Origin: Oikopleura dioica
Taxonomy: Eukaryota > Animalia > Chordata
Assembly (NCBI GenBank): GCA_907165135.1
Contig: OU015567.1
Location: 12,710,001 to 12,774,000 of the forward strand
Direction: 5' to 3'
Length of the DNA: 64,000 nucleotides
Positions 29,504 to 41,346 of this stretch are shown here, one piece after another. The number at the start of each line of letters is the position of its first letter. Within the stretch, counting starts at the first letter, position 1. The notes under the pieces are model-generated. The model saw only the letters and a program-made list of their open reading frames with translations. It did not search any database and had not been told where the DNA came from. The position numbers were made by a program, and so were the translations under genes.

Positions 29504-30279
29504 ATGTACTCACGCAAGCTTCTTTCCAAAAGCTTCCAAGAAGCTGAAGATATCAGAGTTGTTCCACTAAAACGATCCTCCATGACTGGCTCCGTCGAAA
29601 TTCTATCCGACATCGAACTCTGCCAGAATCAACCAGAAACAACCGGCAAGCCAAGAAGGAAGAAGCTCACGAGAAAAGTCTCCAGCTCAAGCCGTTTCTA
29701 CGAGTGCGTTGGTAAGTCTCAAACGGAATCAGAAATCGTAAAAAATGAAACTGAGGGAGGACCAGTGCCACGCTCATTTTCATTATTTTCCGCGCGCATC
29801 TTGGCTGATTTTACATCCGGGTGGTGACTTGCTGCCTAATCATCAGTTCTAATCCATCTTCTTTAGCATACCTCAAACGACACAACCAGGAGGCTGATTC
29901 GGAGGAGTGGACCAGGGTCCGCGTTGCGCTGGAACAAGAACTTCTAGTTTTCCAGGACATTTCCGGCGCCATCTCCCCATCCATGCCCCTCCTGGTCAAC
30001 TTGAAAATCGCCCGGGTACGAGAGATCAGACTCAAGGATGCTGGCAAAGGAGGACTGGAAATTCAAGCTTTGGATAACGTCTTCACCATCCGCTTCAAGG
30101 ACAGACACACTCGCAGACTTTGGCTCGATCGAATCGAACTCGAAGTTCAGCGAAACAAGAAGAGTAGACGAGTGGGAAAGCTCTCGAAGAAGAGCCACCA
30201 TTTTTCAGACTGCAACTTGCTCAAGACTGTTCGCGAGAGTTTCAAAGCCTTGAAACGAAAGCACCTTGGTACTTTTTAA
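29504..30279 (+). CDS. PH-domain-containing protein (5' end uncertain)
   Basis: AYLKRHN..EEWTRVRVALEQELLVFQD..LVNLKIARVRE..LEIQALDNVFTIRFKD..RRLWLDRIE has the PH strand/helix pattern; upstream S-rich exon at 29504-29711. Confidence 0.6.
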
Positions 30280-30986
30280 TTCACTGATCAACAAATACCA
30301 TTGGTATGTTCTTCCAATAAAATTTTATTTTTGAAATTTTACGATTCTCTGAAGTTTGTTCGAATACGTTTCTTTTCGTTTGAAGCTTCTTCTTGCTTGA
30401 TTCATTTTATTTGATACTCGTTCTGAAATGACACGTGGAAATTATCAAGTGCCTGATTCGAATCCACTGTGCCTGATGTAGTTTCATTATCAATATGTGA
30501 CATTTTATTCAAATTTCGGCTCTGAGTGCTTATTTTAATTATCTTTTCATTCTTTTTATTCGTCGCTCTATTCTTAAACGAACTTGACTTACAGGAAATA
30601 AAGAGCTATCTTATCTATTTCTTGCTTGACACGCTTTGCGAACATCAAAATTGAACGCTTTTCTCGAGTCAATATCCAACTTCATACTGATTTTGAAAAG
30701 TAAAGAAATTTGAACTAGACGAATTTCGCTAAAATCCAAAATTATCCGCGGTTTGATCCGGGCTCTGATAATAGAAATATTGATATTGCTGCAGCTATAA
30801 GCCAGCGAAATTTGCCTGGAGGGCTTATCTCAGAGAAATTCTAGTTCTAACTAGGTAAAGGGAGCTAAATATAAGATTTGTATCCGCCGTTAAGTGAATC
30901 AGAGAAAATTATCATAATCGATTCTGAGAGAATGGTTGCGCGAGGAATGATTTGATTAGAATACATTAATTGAAGAAAATATAAAT

Positions 30987-33727
30987 CATGGGACGACGAA
31001 GAAGGACTGGCCTGATGTTCGCTGCCATCATCATCGTAAAAATTTTGTGGAATCAAGGCGCACTGAACAGGATATTTTTGGTTGAGCATCAATCGAGCAT
31101 CAATGGTAAGGCGGCGTTGAAAACGAATAAATTATCTTATAATACATAATTTATATACGAATTGCCATTTTTCTCAATCGGTAAGAAGGTCAGATCTCCG
31201 ATAGGGAAAAAAGGGCATTGACGATACCGTATTGACGATATCGGATGGTTTTTTCATTCAATTGAAAATGTAATAATATATTTTTTTCTTTTATGATATC
31301 ATATTAGATTCAACATAAATCAAGAAATTAAACCATGCCCATCGCAACAGTATTTCAATTTGTTTAGAAAAAGTGAATGCAGCATCACCGGAACCACCCA
31401 TTACAAAGAAGGAAGAAAATGAAGTCCAGCAAATTTTAAAAATCGATCTTCAGAGAGAAAAGGATGAGCAAAACATGCGTAGAGCTGTTCCACAAAGAAT
31501 ATCTCAGCTAAAAGAACATATTGGAAATTCAAATATAAATTTCAAGGATAAACAAAATGCGATGATTGATCGCTTATTCAAGAAAAATGCAATTCCTCAT
31601 TTTCAATCACAAATGAATATGACAGAACTCAATGTTTACTACAGGTTTTGTTACTGCAAGAAATTCATTTTTCATGATAAACCTAAGATCGCCGCCATCA
31701 TGCTCAATTAGAAGAAACACCATTCGAGAGTACACTGAAATGTGGAGAGAAGAACACGATGATCCCAGTACTCCGATGACATCGATTCTACCGCGTATAA
31801 AATTCTTCACTGTGGAAACTCCAAGCACAAGAAAAGAAGCCAGTAAGAATGAGGACTTAGTTCTTGTGGAGAGTGATGGCTACGATGCGAAGTTTAACGA
31901 TGTCAGTTGCGATGAAATGATTTGGGAACAGAATCAGAACATGTCTGCCAAATATGATGAAGAAATGTTCCTCAAATCGCTGGAATACGCTGCAAAAGAT
32001 CAATTTACGGGGCCGAATACTGGACATGTGTTTTTGAAAGACACAGACTTGGTTAACTTTGATACCATTAGAAATGTCTCCAGAAAAATTGGTATGTAGA
32101 CAAATGTAAGACAAAATTTTAACATCGAAAAAAGTCCTGTGTTTCATCTTGTTTTCTCAGTCAAGGACTGAGATGCTTTTCGGCACTGCGTACTCTTCAG
32201 TGCTGCAGAAAAGTAGAAATATCTTGTGTTTTTAGGAAATGAAAGAGACGAGAACGAAGGAATCCTCTGCTTTGGAAAGATTCATTCAGAAGCGTCGGTT
32301 CCTTATTGTGGAAACAAAATCTTCATGCGTGGAGATACAACTCAGAAGTTGATGAAGTTCTCCGTACCCAACAGGAACTTTCCAGTCGCGCAGGAAATTA
32401 CAGGATTTCAACGCAATCGAGCGGGTATCAGTGGACTTATGTACAACGATAAACCGCAGCGGACAAAAGCTCTTGTTACTCTTCCTTACATGGATTGGAA
32501 CTTTTACAATTTCAGTGAGCACTTTCACGAATGGGCGATGGATTTAAAACCGACGAACAGAATGACGTATAATCTGCCGGATCTGTATATCAAAGATCGT
32601 CCTGTCTCAGATCCTTGGTCGGTTGGGCTCGTTCACGCGCCTCCTTGCTCTGCAAATTACTCTATCTTCTCGCTCATCAAAAGTGCTCGACAAAACGAGA
32701 AAATTCGCAGATTTATCCGTATTTACACAAATCTACAAGACAAATTCTACCCTCAAAATGCAAACCCCTTGAATCACGTAATGCATGTCCCGGTACGATT
32801 TATTCTTGGGAAGCAAAGCAGCAATGAAGATCCTGAACTCACGAAGAGAATCGAGGATGAAATTAAAGAACATGGAGATATTATTGTTGGCGATTTTATT
32901 GATACTTATGAGAATCTACCTCTCAAGACCTTGACAGGTAGGGTTCAATAAAGTTGTTAATGCTTCATTGACTGCAAATGCATTTGAACAACTTTAATTA
33001 AATTATATTACAATAGGTTACGAATACATCAAGAATGTTTGCGACGGACCAGCAGCTCCGCACTACTTCATCTTCCACGATGATGACACAATGCTGAGCT
33101 ATGCGAAGCTAGCAAACTTTGTCAAAGAGAAATCGGTAGGAAATGTACGCTGGAATGTTTTAAAATATTTAGGTTGATTTGTCTTGCCTGGCGTACAAAG
33201 GTTCTCATGCCCGACCCTACCGATGGGGCAAATACAATGTCACAATCGAGCAGTGGGCATCTGGCCACTGGCTTCCTGAGTTTTGCACTGGCCCGTGTAA
33301 TCTGATGAGTCGTGAGACAGCGATGAAGATTCTCCAGGCAGCGGAAAAAACTGATCCTAAAGGATTCAAGCTCGAAGATGTCCTTTTCACTGGCATTATT
33401 CGAACGAAAGCTGGCCTCGCAGCACCAGACGAACCACCGACAGTAAGAGATTTATTAGTTCGATTGAAAGTGAATTGAATTTAGGGTGTTTGTATGATGG
33501 GCGAAGGATTGACGTTCATCGCTGCCGGTGTCAACAGATTCATTAATGCCAACAAGCTAAAGTGGAATCCACAGAAAAAGACTCCATGGGTGAACACGAA
33601 TTTAGAAAATAAATTAAATTATCTGCGGGACCACATTCTTGGTGATCTGGTCGAAGATCTGCCGGAGTATAAAGCCTGGGAAGCAAGAATCAAAGACAAA
33701 CGTCCTGTTGTTCCATCAAACACATAG
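30987..33727 (+). CDS. GT31 beta-1,3-glycosyltransferase (B3GALT/B3GNT family), type II membrane
   Basis: Exon 1 MGRRRRTGLMFAAIIIVKILW (basic + TM); LIKSARQN..IR, RFILG, EIKEHGDIIVGDFIDTYENLPLKTL, HDDD, PEFCTGPCNLMS, LEDVLFTGIIR. Confidence 0.88.
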
Positions 33728-34015
33728 AATTTTCCTTTAGTTAGATTTTCTTTGTACTTTAAACCCGAATCTTCAATTTTCGAAATAAATGACACTCGAA
33801 CCTACAGTTCCTGATTCTCCTCCTTGATTGCAAGTATTCAAAACGAATAAAGTTGCTTGAGAGTTCTTTTAGCAGGGATAGTTTTAAATCGGGGATATCA
33901 CCGAATAACCTCCGCCTTCATGACTCGCTGCGCTCAGATCGTTGTCTCCCCATTTTTCAGCTCCGTGGTGCCTCCTTCAGTGGCGCTCGCTCGTCAATCT
34001 AGCCCGGTTCTGGGG

Positions 34016-34022
34016 TATAAAA
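34016..34022 (+). promoter_or_regulatory. TATA box
   Basis: GGGTATAAAAGC about 32 nt before the ATG at 34054, in a GC-richer proximal region. Confidence 0.6.
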
Positions 34023-34053
34023 GCAGGGCAGTGGGGGAAAGAGGCAAGCAACA

Positions 34054-34331
34054 ATGAAATTGTTTAGCTTCACTCAACTGGCACTAGCAGTCCTTGGCTA
34101 TAATGACATCCGAGCTCGGATGATGCAACGCTACAATCCTGATCCATACGGTGATTCGGAGCCGCTCTCCCGCCGAGCGCGTTCCAACACTCGCCGGAAT
34201 CAGGTCTCCCGCCGTCAGCAGGAGCAAGAGCTCTTGGACTCCATGCAGGAGGTAAACTCATCGTTGTAAAGATTCATAAAATTGCGCGAAATCTGTATTT
34301 TTAGCTCGACGCGCATTCTCATCGCCGCTGA
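34054..34331 (+). CDS. Small secreted Arg-rich prohormone-like peptide (2 exons)
   Basis: MKLFSFTQLALAVLG signal-like start, several RR sites, GT-AG intron 34252-34304, ends LDAHSHRR-stop; TATA box upstream. Confidence 0.6.
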
Positions 34332-35946
34332 TCACAAATCAACAAAAATGACGCACTGAGCTCGATATTCTTGATTTCCCGCCTGTTTTCACCTAAGGTG
34401 GTGGTGTCGCGTAGTGCTTCGTGAGTCGAGGGGCTTATTTAGGCCACTCCTCCGGGGCACAGTTAAACGCAGTGCCAGCCTAGGGTCAAGACAAATTAAA
34501 GGGCGATGTATCGGATATTGGAGACGCGTTCATATGTTGTGATGGCAATTTCTTCAGTGGAAACCCAGGAAGTTGATTGAAACTCCTCTTTTAATAGAGT
34601 TGAGTTTCTCATTCTTCCAGGGTTGTTCATTCCACGAAGGATGCAAGACGGAATCGCTGACAATTCAGCGTTTCGTTAGCGCCAAGCGGCGAGAGCGGAA
34701 TGCGCGCGGGCACACGCTCGCTTCTCTTCACCAGTCGCCGATCAAACCATCAAAATCCAATTTAGCTGAGGCTGCAGCCGGAGCTCACTCCACGCGAGCA
34801 GGAGATCGCCGACTTGCTCGAATTCCAGGAATTCATGCGCGACCTCGATCTCTCCTTATAACATGACAAATTTCAAACAAAACCCAAAAATGCTTTCATT
34901 CAGCAAAAAAATACTTTGCTTGGAGTCGACGCTTCGTTCTCCGACAAAATTTCAAAACAAACATAAAAAAAAGAACAAGAACCCCAAACACCGCAGTGCT
35001 GACCTTTTAACTTGCCGCTTTTCTTGCATTTTTCTTTCATTTTCACGCTAAAAATTACTGATTACCGACAACTCAAAAAAAAATAATAACTTAGTTTATA
35101 ATTTTACGCCAAAATATGTCTTTTAACGCGCCCCGGGCGTAGACACTGCCAAGTGAACTCGACTACCGTGCAATACGAGCCCTTTTTTTCTAGTGCATAG
35201 CTTGCTAGTTGCACGACGCAGACCGCGAAATAAAACTCCAATTTTTGACAGATTGAGCCGCAAACGCGCGAATACTTTAGCGAAATATAAAAATAACGAA
35301 AAAAAATCTAACCTTGTATTTTTACCTGCTCGTTCCTATAACTGCAACATTAATACTGCCAACAACAACTGAATGATTCTTGCTGAGAAGAAATCCGCTG
35401 CGCGCGATTTAGCGAAACACACAAAAAAACAGCGAAAAAAATACAAACACCAGTTCCATTCGTCTTGCAAATACGACTTTTACGCGCTTTGTAAAAATCA
35501 AAACCAACTTTCATCGGTGCTGCACTTTCACTTCATTTTTACTTTTCCTTTATTCTTTTTGCAATGAACATTATTTTAAACCCTTTTTCGGTAGGGACCG
35601 CGAAAAGTTTTTTTTCCATTTGTGTTGAAAAAAAAACTCTCAAGGTCTTTATTGAACCCTTTTTAACGACTTATAGAGAGGATTTAGTTTTTTTTTTATC
35701 TTGATTTCGGAAACAACAACGATTTCGTCAATAAAAATGTTAGGGCCAAAACGCTTTCTCTTGTGTGTTTTGTTTTCAATAGTTACAGTGGTAAAACAGG
35801 CTTTATTACAGAGCAGAGCAGTGATCAGTTAAACGCAGTGGAACTTTTCGGGAAAAAAAAGAAGAACACCCAAAATATTTAAATAGATAGTAGTGAAGGT
35901 GAGAAAAAATATAGTGGTGTTAGGATTCAGGCTTTTGTCTCTTCTG

Positions 35947-36269
35947 CAGGGTTCGGTAATTTGAGCTCACGCTAAAACTCAAGAAAATAAAGCTTGAGAC
36001 TCACGTTTTTTAATTTGAGTTTTGAGAACTCAGAGATGAGAGCTCACATGAGAAATCAATTCTGGCGATCCATGAGCCAAACAAGGAAGCGCTCGCTTAA
36101 TTTGAGTTTTGAAAACTCAAAACTCTCAAATCTCTCAAAAACTCAAAACTCCCAAAACTCTCAAATCTTCTCAAAATGATTTCTCAAGTCACTTTGAGTT
36201 CTCAATTTGAGGAAATTTGAGCGTCTAGCCAAAATGAGTTTTAGCTTGAGCTCAAATTACCGAACCCTG
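35947..36269. mobile_element. 323-bp hAT-type MITE
   Basis: 23-bp perfect TIR CAGGGTTCGGTAATTTGAGCTCA (extends with 1 mismatch), 8-bp TSD CTCTTCTG (35939-35946, 36270-36277), internal AAAACTCA/TGAGTTTT repeats. Confidence 0.93.
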
Positions 36270-39200
36270 CTCTTCTGGCGATGCGCAGGGCGAGAAGGAA
36301 GCTTTCATCGCGCGCATGAGCCGGGAGTTTTCCATGTATAGGTTTTGGATCAGCACTTCGGATTTGTTCAGTTTTCTGTACATATCTCGCAGCCTATTAT
36401 GATTGGTAAAGATTTCAATTAGTAATGTAGCGTTGAACCTGTTGGTATTGTCGTTGAGCATTATTCGTGTTTTCCTCAGCTTGCTCGTCAATTCGATATT
36501 TTCATTCTCCAGCGTCGCTACTTGTTGATCGGCGATGGGTGGCAAGCCGAGTTGGGCACGCATCTCCGCGACTTTGAACAGCGTCGACTTGTGCTGCGTT
36601 GTTGTGTTGTTGGTAGAACTGGTCGATAATCGGTTGGAGTCGACCAGTCTCAACTGGTTCATCGATGGAGAGTACTAAAACAGCTGTTTAGAAACAGACT
36701 TTTTAGCCTCGTATTTACCGCGATGATAGAGCTAGAAACGCTATTCGAGTCGTCACAATCGGGCGTGTCGCTTGAGGTCAATCTCAATCTATCGTTTGTT
36801 TCCTGGATTTTCTCGAGATTGCGAATTTGCTCCCGCAGCTCTTGGTTTTCTTTCTGTAGTTCAATAATTATGCTCTGATCGGCTGATTCGTCGGATTCGG
36901 ACTCGGAGGAGTCTTTTTCGAATTCCACTTTTAGGTAGGTTCCGTTGTTACTAGAAGTCTGATTGAAGTAAGGAAGGCTGAAAATGACTTACATTTTTGG
37001 CTTTGACTTGATAATCTCCGTTGTTTCAGTAATAACGGTTGTTATTGTAGGTTTAATTTCTTTGCTTTTCTTAAGCTTTTCTTCGAGATCTTCCACGTCT
37101 TGCTGGGAGACTTCAAGGTTTTCTTGCAAAATTTCTTTTTCAAAATTAAGTTCGTTAATTTGGCGCGTGTATTTTTCTTCAATAGTTGAGAGCTGTCTTG
37201 CTTTTTCGTCGAGGGCTTCTTTCATTTTAACTTTTTCTTCTTTCAAGATAAGCTAAAAGTTCAATTAGAAAAAGACGATGTTATCAGCAGATTTTATTAT
37301 TTAGCTATTGGAGTTTTAATTTTACCTGGTGGCTTTTCTCGAGCTCAGATATCTTCGCCAGCTGCTCGTTAAGCTGGCTAAGCTCAGCAGATTTCTTTGC
37401 GTTTTCACGTTCCTTTTCACTGAGGAGATTACTCTTTTCGGAAATGATTTTTTGGAGCTTGTCCTCCAATTCGACTGTTTGTTCTATCGCGAGGTGCAGT
37501 TGTTTTTCCATGTTGTCGAGCTCGTTTTTCATTGACTGCTCGTTTGATGCAGAAATGTCCCTAAATAGATGTTTCTTTCGGATGGTATATTCTCATTGAT
37601 TATGTATTTTTACGGGGCGATTGAATCACCCCAAATAAATTCATAAAGTGAGAACTTAAAAGATAAGCCTTCTAAATTGAAGCTTTGATGGTGCAATATT
37701 TTATAAATCAACACTTACTTGAGAGCTTCAAGCTCCATTTTGAGCTCCGATACAGTCTGTCTGAGCTGTTGAGTTTGCTTCTTAGTGAGTTCGTTTTTGT
37801 TTCGTCCCTTTTTATTCAGCGCCTCGACGAGGGTTTCTTTGTCTTTCAAAGTCTTCTTGGTGACTTCGTGTTCGGTCTTCATCTTTGCGATTGTACTTTT
37901 GAGGTCGTAGTTCTCCTTGTTGGTTTTGTTTAATTGAGCGATTTGGCCGCGCAATTTCGTGCATTCCTGCTTTTCGAGCATGAGTTTTTCAGAAGTGCTG
38001 GTGACGTTTTTGTGGAAAGTTTCGTTCATTTCTTGAAGCGAGGCAATTTGAGATTTCAACTCGGCAACTTCCTTCGTTTCAGTTGTTTCCTTCTGATTCG
38101 CTTTCAAAGCCAGAGCGCGAATTTCGCCAGATAATCTATCTTTCTCCGCGTATCCCAAGCTGACAAGACTTTCAAGTTCGGCGATTTTGGATTCACTCTT
38201 CTTAGCTTCTTCAGTCAATGTTTTGGCTTTCATAGCTTCGGAGAAATAGTTTTCTTGCGCTTCCGAAAGATCGTTCTTCAATTTTTCCATAATTTTTCCG
38301 TCGAGTTCGATGTTTTTCAGCATCTTCTCGGCGTTTTCTTTTTCTTCTCTCGTTCGGACCAATTCTTCGGTCAGCTTTGACACTTTCTTTTCTACGTTTT
38401 CCATCTGATTTTGAACATTCTTTACTTTCACTTCTTCGATGTTTTGTTTCTGTTCAAGAGCGGTCTTTTCAGCCAAGATTTTGAAGGTCTTCTGCCTCGT
38501 TTCATCCAGCTCAAGTCTGTACTTATCCAGCTCTCGTTCCAACTGAGTGCAAGTCTCGACAGATATACGAAGCTCGTCCAAAGCATTGTCTTTTTCGTGG
38601 GCCAGGGCGCCAATGTTTTCTGCATCTTTCAGCGCGCAATGCAATCTATCCTCAAGTTCCAAGAGCATTTCGTTTTGGCGCATTTCTTCTTCGGTTTTGA
38701 TCAGAACCTGGGTTTCCGTACTCGTATATTTCTTCACAATTGTTTCTGTCGAGGAATTTGTTGTTTTTGGAGCTGCTTGAAGGGCGACTTCAGAAGTTTC
38801 AACTTGCACCTGGACCCATGAATCGAGATTTTCAGTTTGGTCGTTTAGCAGATTCAGAGTTCTTGGCGTCATTGCATTTCCCTTGAGTTCTTCTGCAAAG
38901 CTCTTGTCCATTTTTCCAGGAGTGGAGGTCAAATGAAACTGCAAAGCCTTTTCGTAAGAATCTTCATTGTCCGAATCCAGAATGTCTCCAGAAGATTCTT
39001 CTTCGCCATCAGGATCGACTCTTGAAGACAATCGCGAAGGAGTGGAGTGAATTTCCGGCTCTTCACGAAGAGAGTTGATGGTTGTGTTTTGCTCGTCGAT
39101 CTTGTCTTTCAGATCGCGGATGTATCGCTCGTATTGCTCGACCAAGGAGGATGCGTCGAGGTCTGCGGGTTCTTCTTTGATCGCAGCGGTTTTTGGCTTT

Positions 39201-41346
39201 TCAGGGTTTTTGAATGATAAGAATTATAGAATTTCTTCGAGTCCGAGGATATTCTGAGTGTAACTAACTAAACAATTTCCTAAACAACTTGTGAAATACT
39301 ATGCAAATCATTAGCTTTGTACAGGATGATCATTTCCTAGACTACCAGAAAATTTTATAAATGAATTTTAAATATGACGATTGTGGTGTCTTCTCTAAAA
39401 CCATTTCCTTTGTCTCTTCAAGTTCTTTTCGCAACCTTCTATTCTCATCATCGACCTTGTCTGAGTATTCTCTAAGCTCGTCGATTCTGTTCCGAAGGTC
39501 CTTGACTTCCGACTGCGCATCTTTGTAGTGCAGCTTCAGATTGCTTTCCACTTCTGCGCAATGCTCTAACTCTGCCTCGTACTTTTCGCGCTACAAAAAA
39601 TTGAATTTAGAGTTATCTCGAAATTGGTCAAAATTACGTTTTGGTCAAAAATAGCTTGTCTTTTTTCTCTCGCCTCGAGCGGTGCCCACTTCGACTTTCC
39701 TCGATGCTCACTTCTTACGGAAATTTTACCCATTTTTCTCTCTTTTTCTTTCTCTTTTAAATTTGTCTATTTCTCGCTCATTCGATTATTTCTGGGCTTT
39801 ATTTTTTCGGTAAAAAGACGAATCGAGGTCGGTCGTGGCTGGGGCTTGGCTCGAAGTGGCTCGAGAAAAAATTGCTTCTTGCTCGAGCAATGAAGATTTA
39901 ACCCACGTATCAAACTCTTCTGACTCAGGCTTAGCACCTTCAACGTTATATATTTCCGCTTGTAAATACAGTTGCTACCCTCGATAAGCGACTTTCGCTA
40001 TAAAATCTAATGCCATAATTTTCAAGCGAAAAGTTAGATTTGACAAATTTGATTCCTCATTGTCTTCAAGTCAGAATGAGTCAAAAAGAAAGAGTTTTGA
40101 GTGACAAGATTATCAAAAATGACACGCAGATTTGTAGCCAAGATCAAAATAATCATATGCTCTATCTTTTAATTATCTCTCTTCTGCTGTGCTCGATTCT
40201 TGAGAAATTCTCCCAATTATTTGATTTTGAGATTGAGTGATACGATTACTCGGTTCTTGAGTAAGAAATGTCAATCAAAGTATATAAATACCAATATCAA
40301 AGGAGGGCGATCATACAAGATAAGTTTTATGAACATTGCGTAATATTACTGTTAATACCTGCCGATTGAAGGAAGAATCTAAGAAATCTAGCTCGGATTT
40401 GAACTGCTCTCTTGATTTGTCAAATTTTTCTTTCCATTCGGACTCGATTTTCTGGACGAGCTGCACGTGATCGTTGCTCAGCCCTGTTTGATTTTCTTCT
40501 GCGTCTTCGACTATCAGCAGATTTCGCTGCTCGGCGGCTGAGCATAGTTCCTAAAATGATATGCTTATTTTAGGAAAATGAACTCGGGATAGAAATGTTA
40601 TATTTTATTAAATAAATTGCTTCAAAAACACATTTTATTCCTTGATTTATGGCACTTATAAATGAAGTCTCCTATACAACGGTTCCATAAATGCAGGATA
40701 GCGAACCGTTTTTCAGTTTTTATTTTACAATTTTTGCTCAAATAAAATAAATTGACTGTACCAATTCAAAATTATCCCACCACCAATAATTCTCGCAAAA
40801 CATTCTTTCTCTCATAAAATTTTTCAAAATGATCACTGACGTCTTGTTTTCTTCGTGTCAAAATATCATGAACTCAAGTCGAAAAATCAACCTCAAAAAA
40901 AAAGCTGAGCACTTTGACTTTTATTTTGACCCTGACGCCCTTCGCACTATTAGTATTTGATTGTCAAAAAAGTAAAAAAATTCTCATCCTTGATTTCTTA
41001 CCTTCATTTTTTCCGCCTGCTGAACAGCAGACTCAAACTGCTCCCAAAGAAATGTAATTTCTGTTTTGTACGTCGCAAGAAGCTCCTGTCCTCCAGGAAC
41101 ATCCTTCAGCACTGAGTCCAGGGAATGTCTCAAGTTAGTCACGGAAATCGTCTGCGATCCTTCCGCCTGATCGAAGAATTTCGAAGTTTTCTTGAGCCCG
41201 TCCTCTATGCCAAGAGTCTGCCACATCTCCAGAACATCGTCGATTTTGAGGTAGCCAACTTCTTCTTGAGGAAGATTCGAGCAAATTGGCACGTGCCATT
41301 CTTCCATCCCAGCTTTTAGGCCTAAAATAGATTGTATATTATACAA
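36252..41346 (-). CDS. NIN: Ninein / ninein-like centrosomal coiled-coil protein (5' end probably further upstream)
   Basis: VGYLKIDDVLEMWQTLGIED..ISVTNLRHSLDSVL..LATYKTEITFLWEQ resembles the ninein EF-like region (ILDTWQEEGIEN..LASFKAEIRHL); next exon ELCSAAEQRNLLIVEDAEE..QKIESEWKEK; then long heptad exons. Confidence 0.72.
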
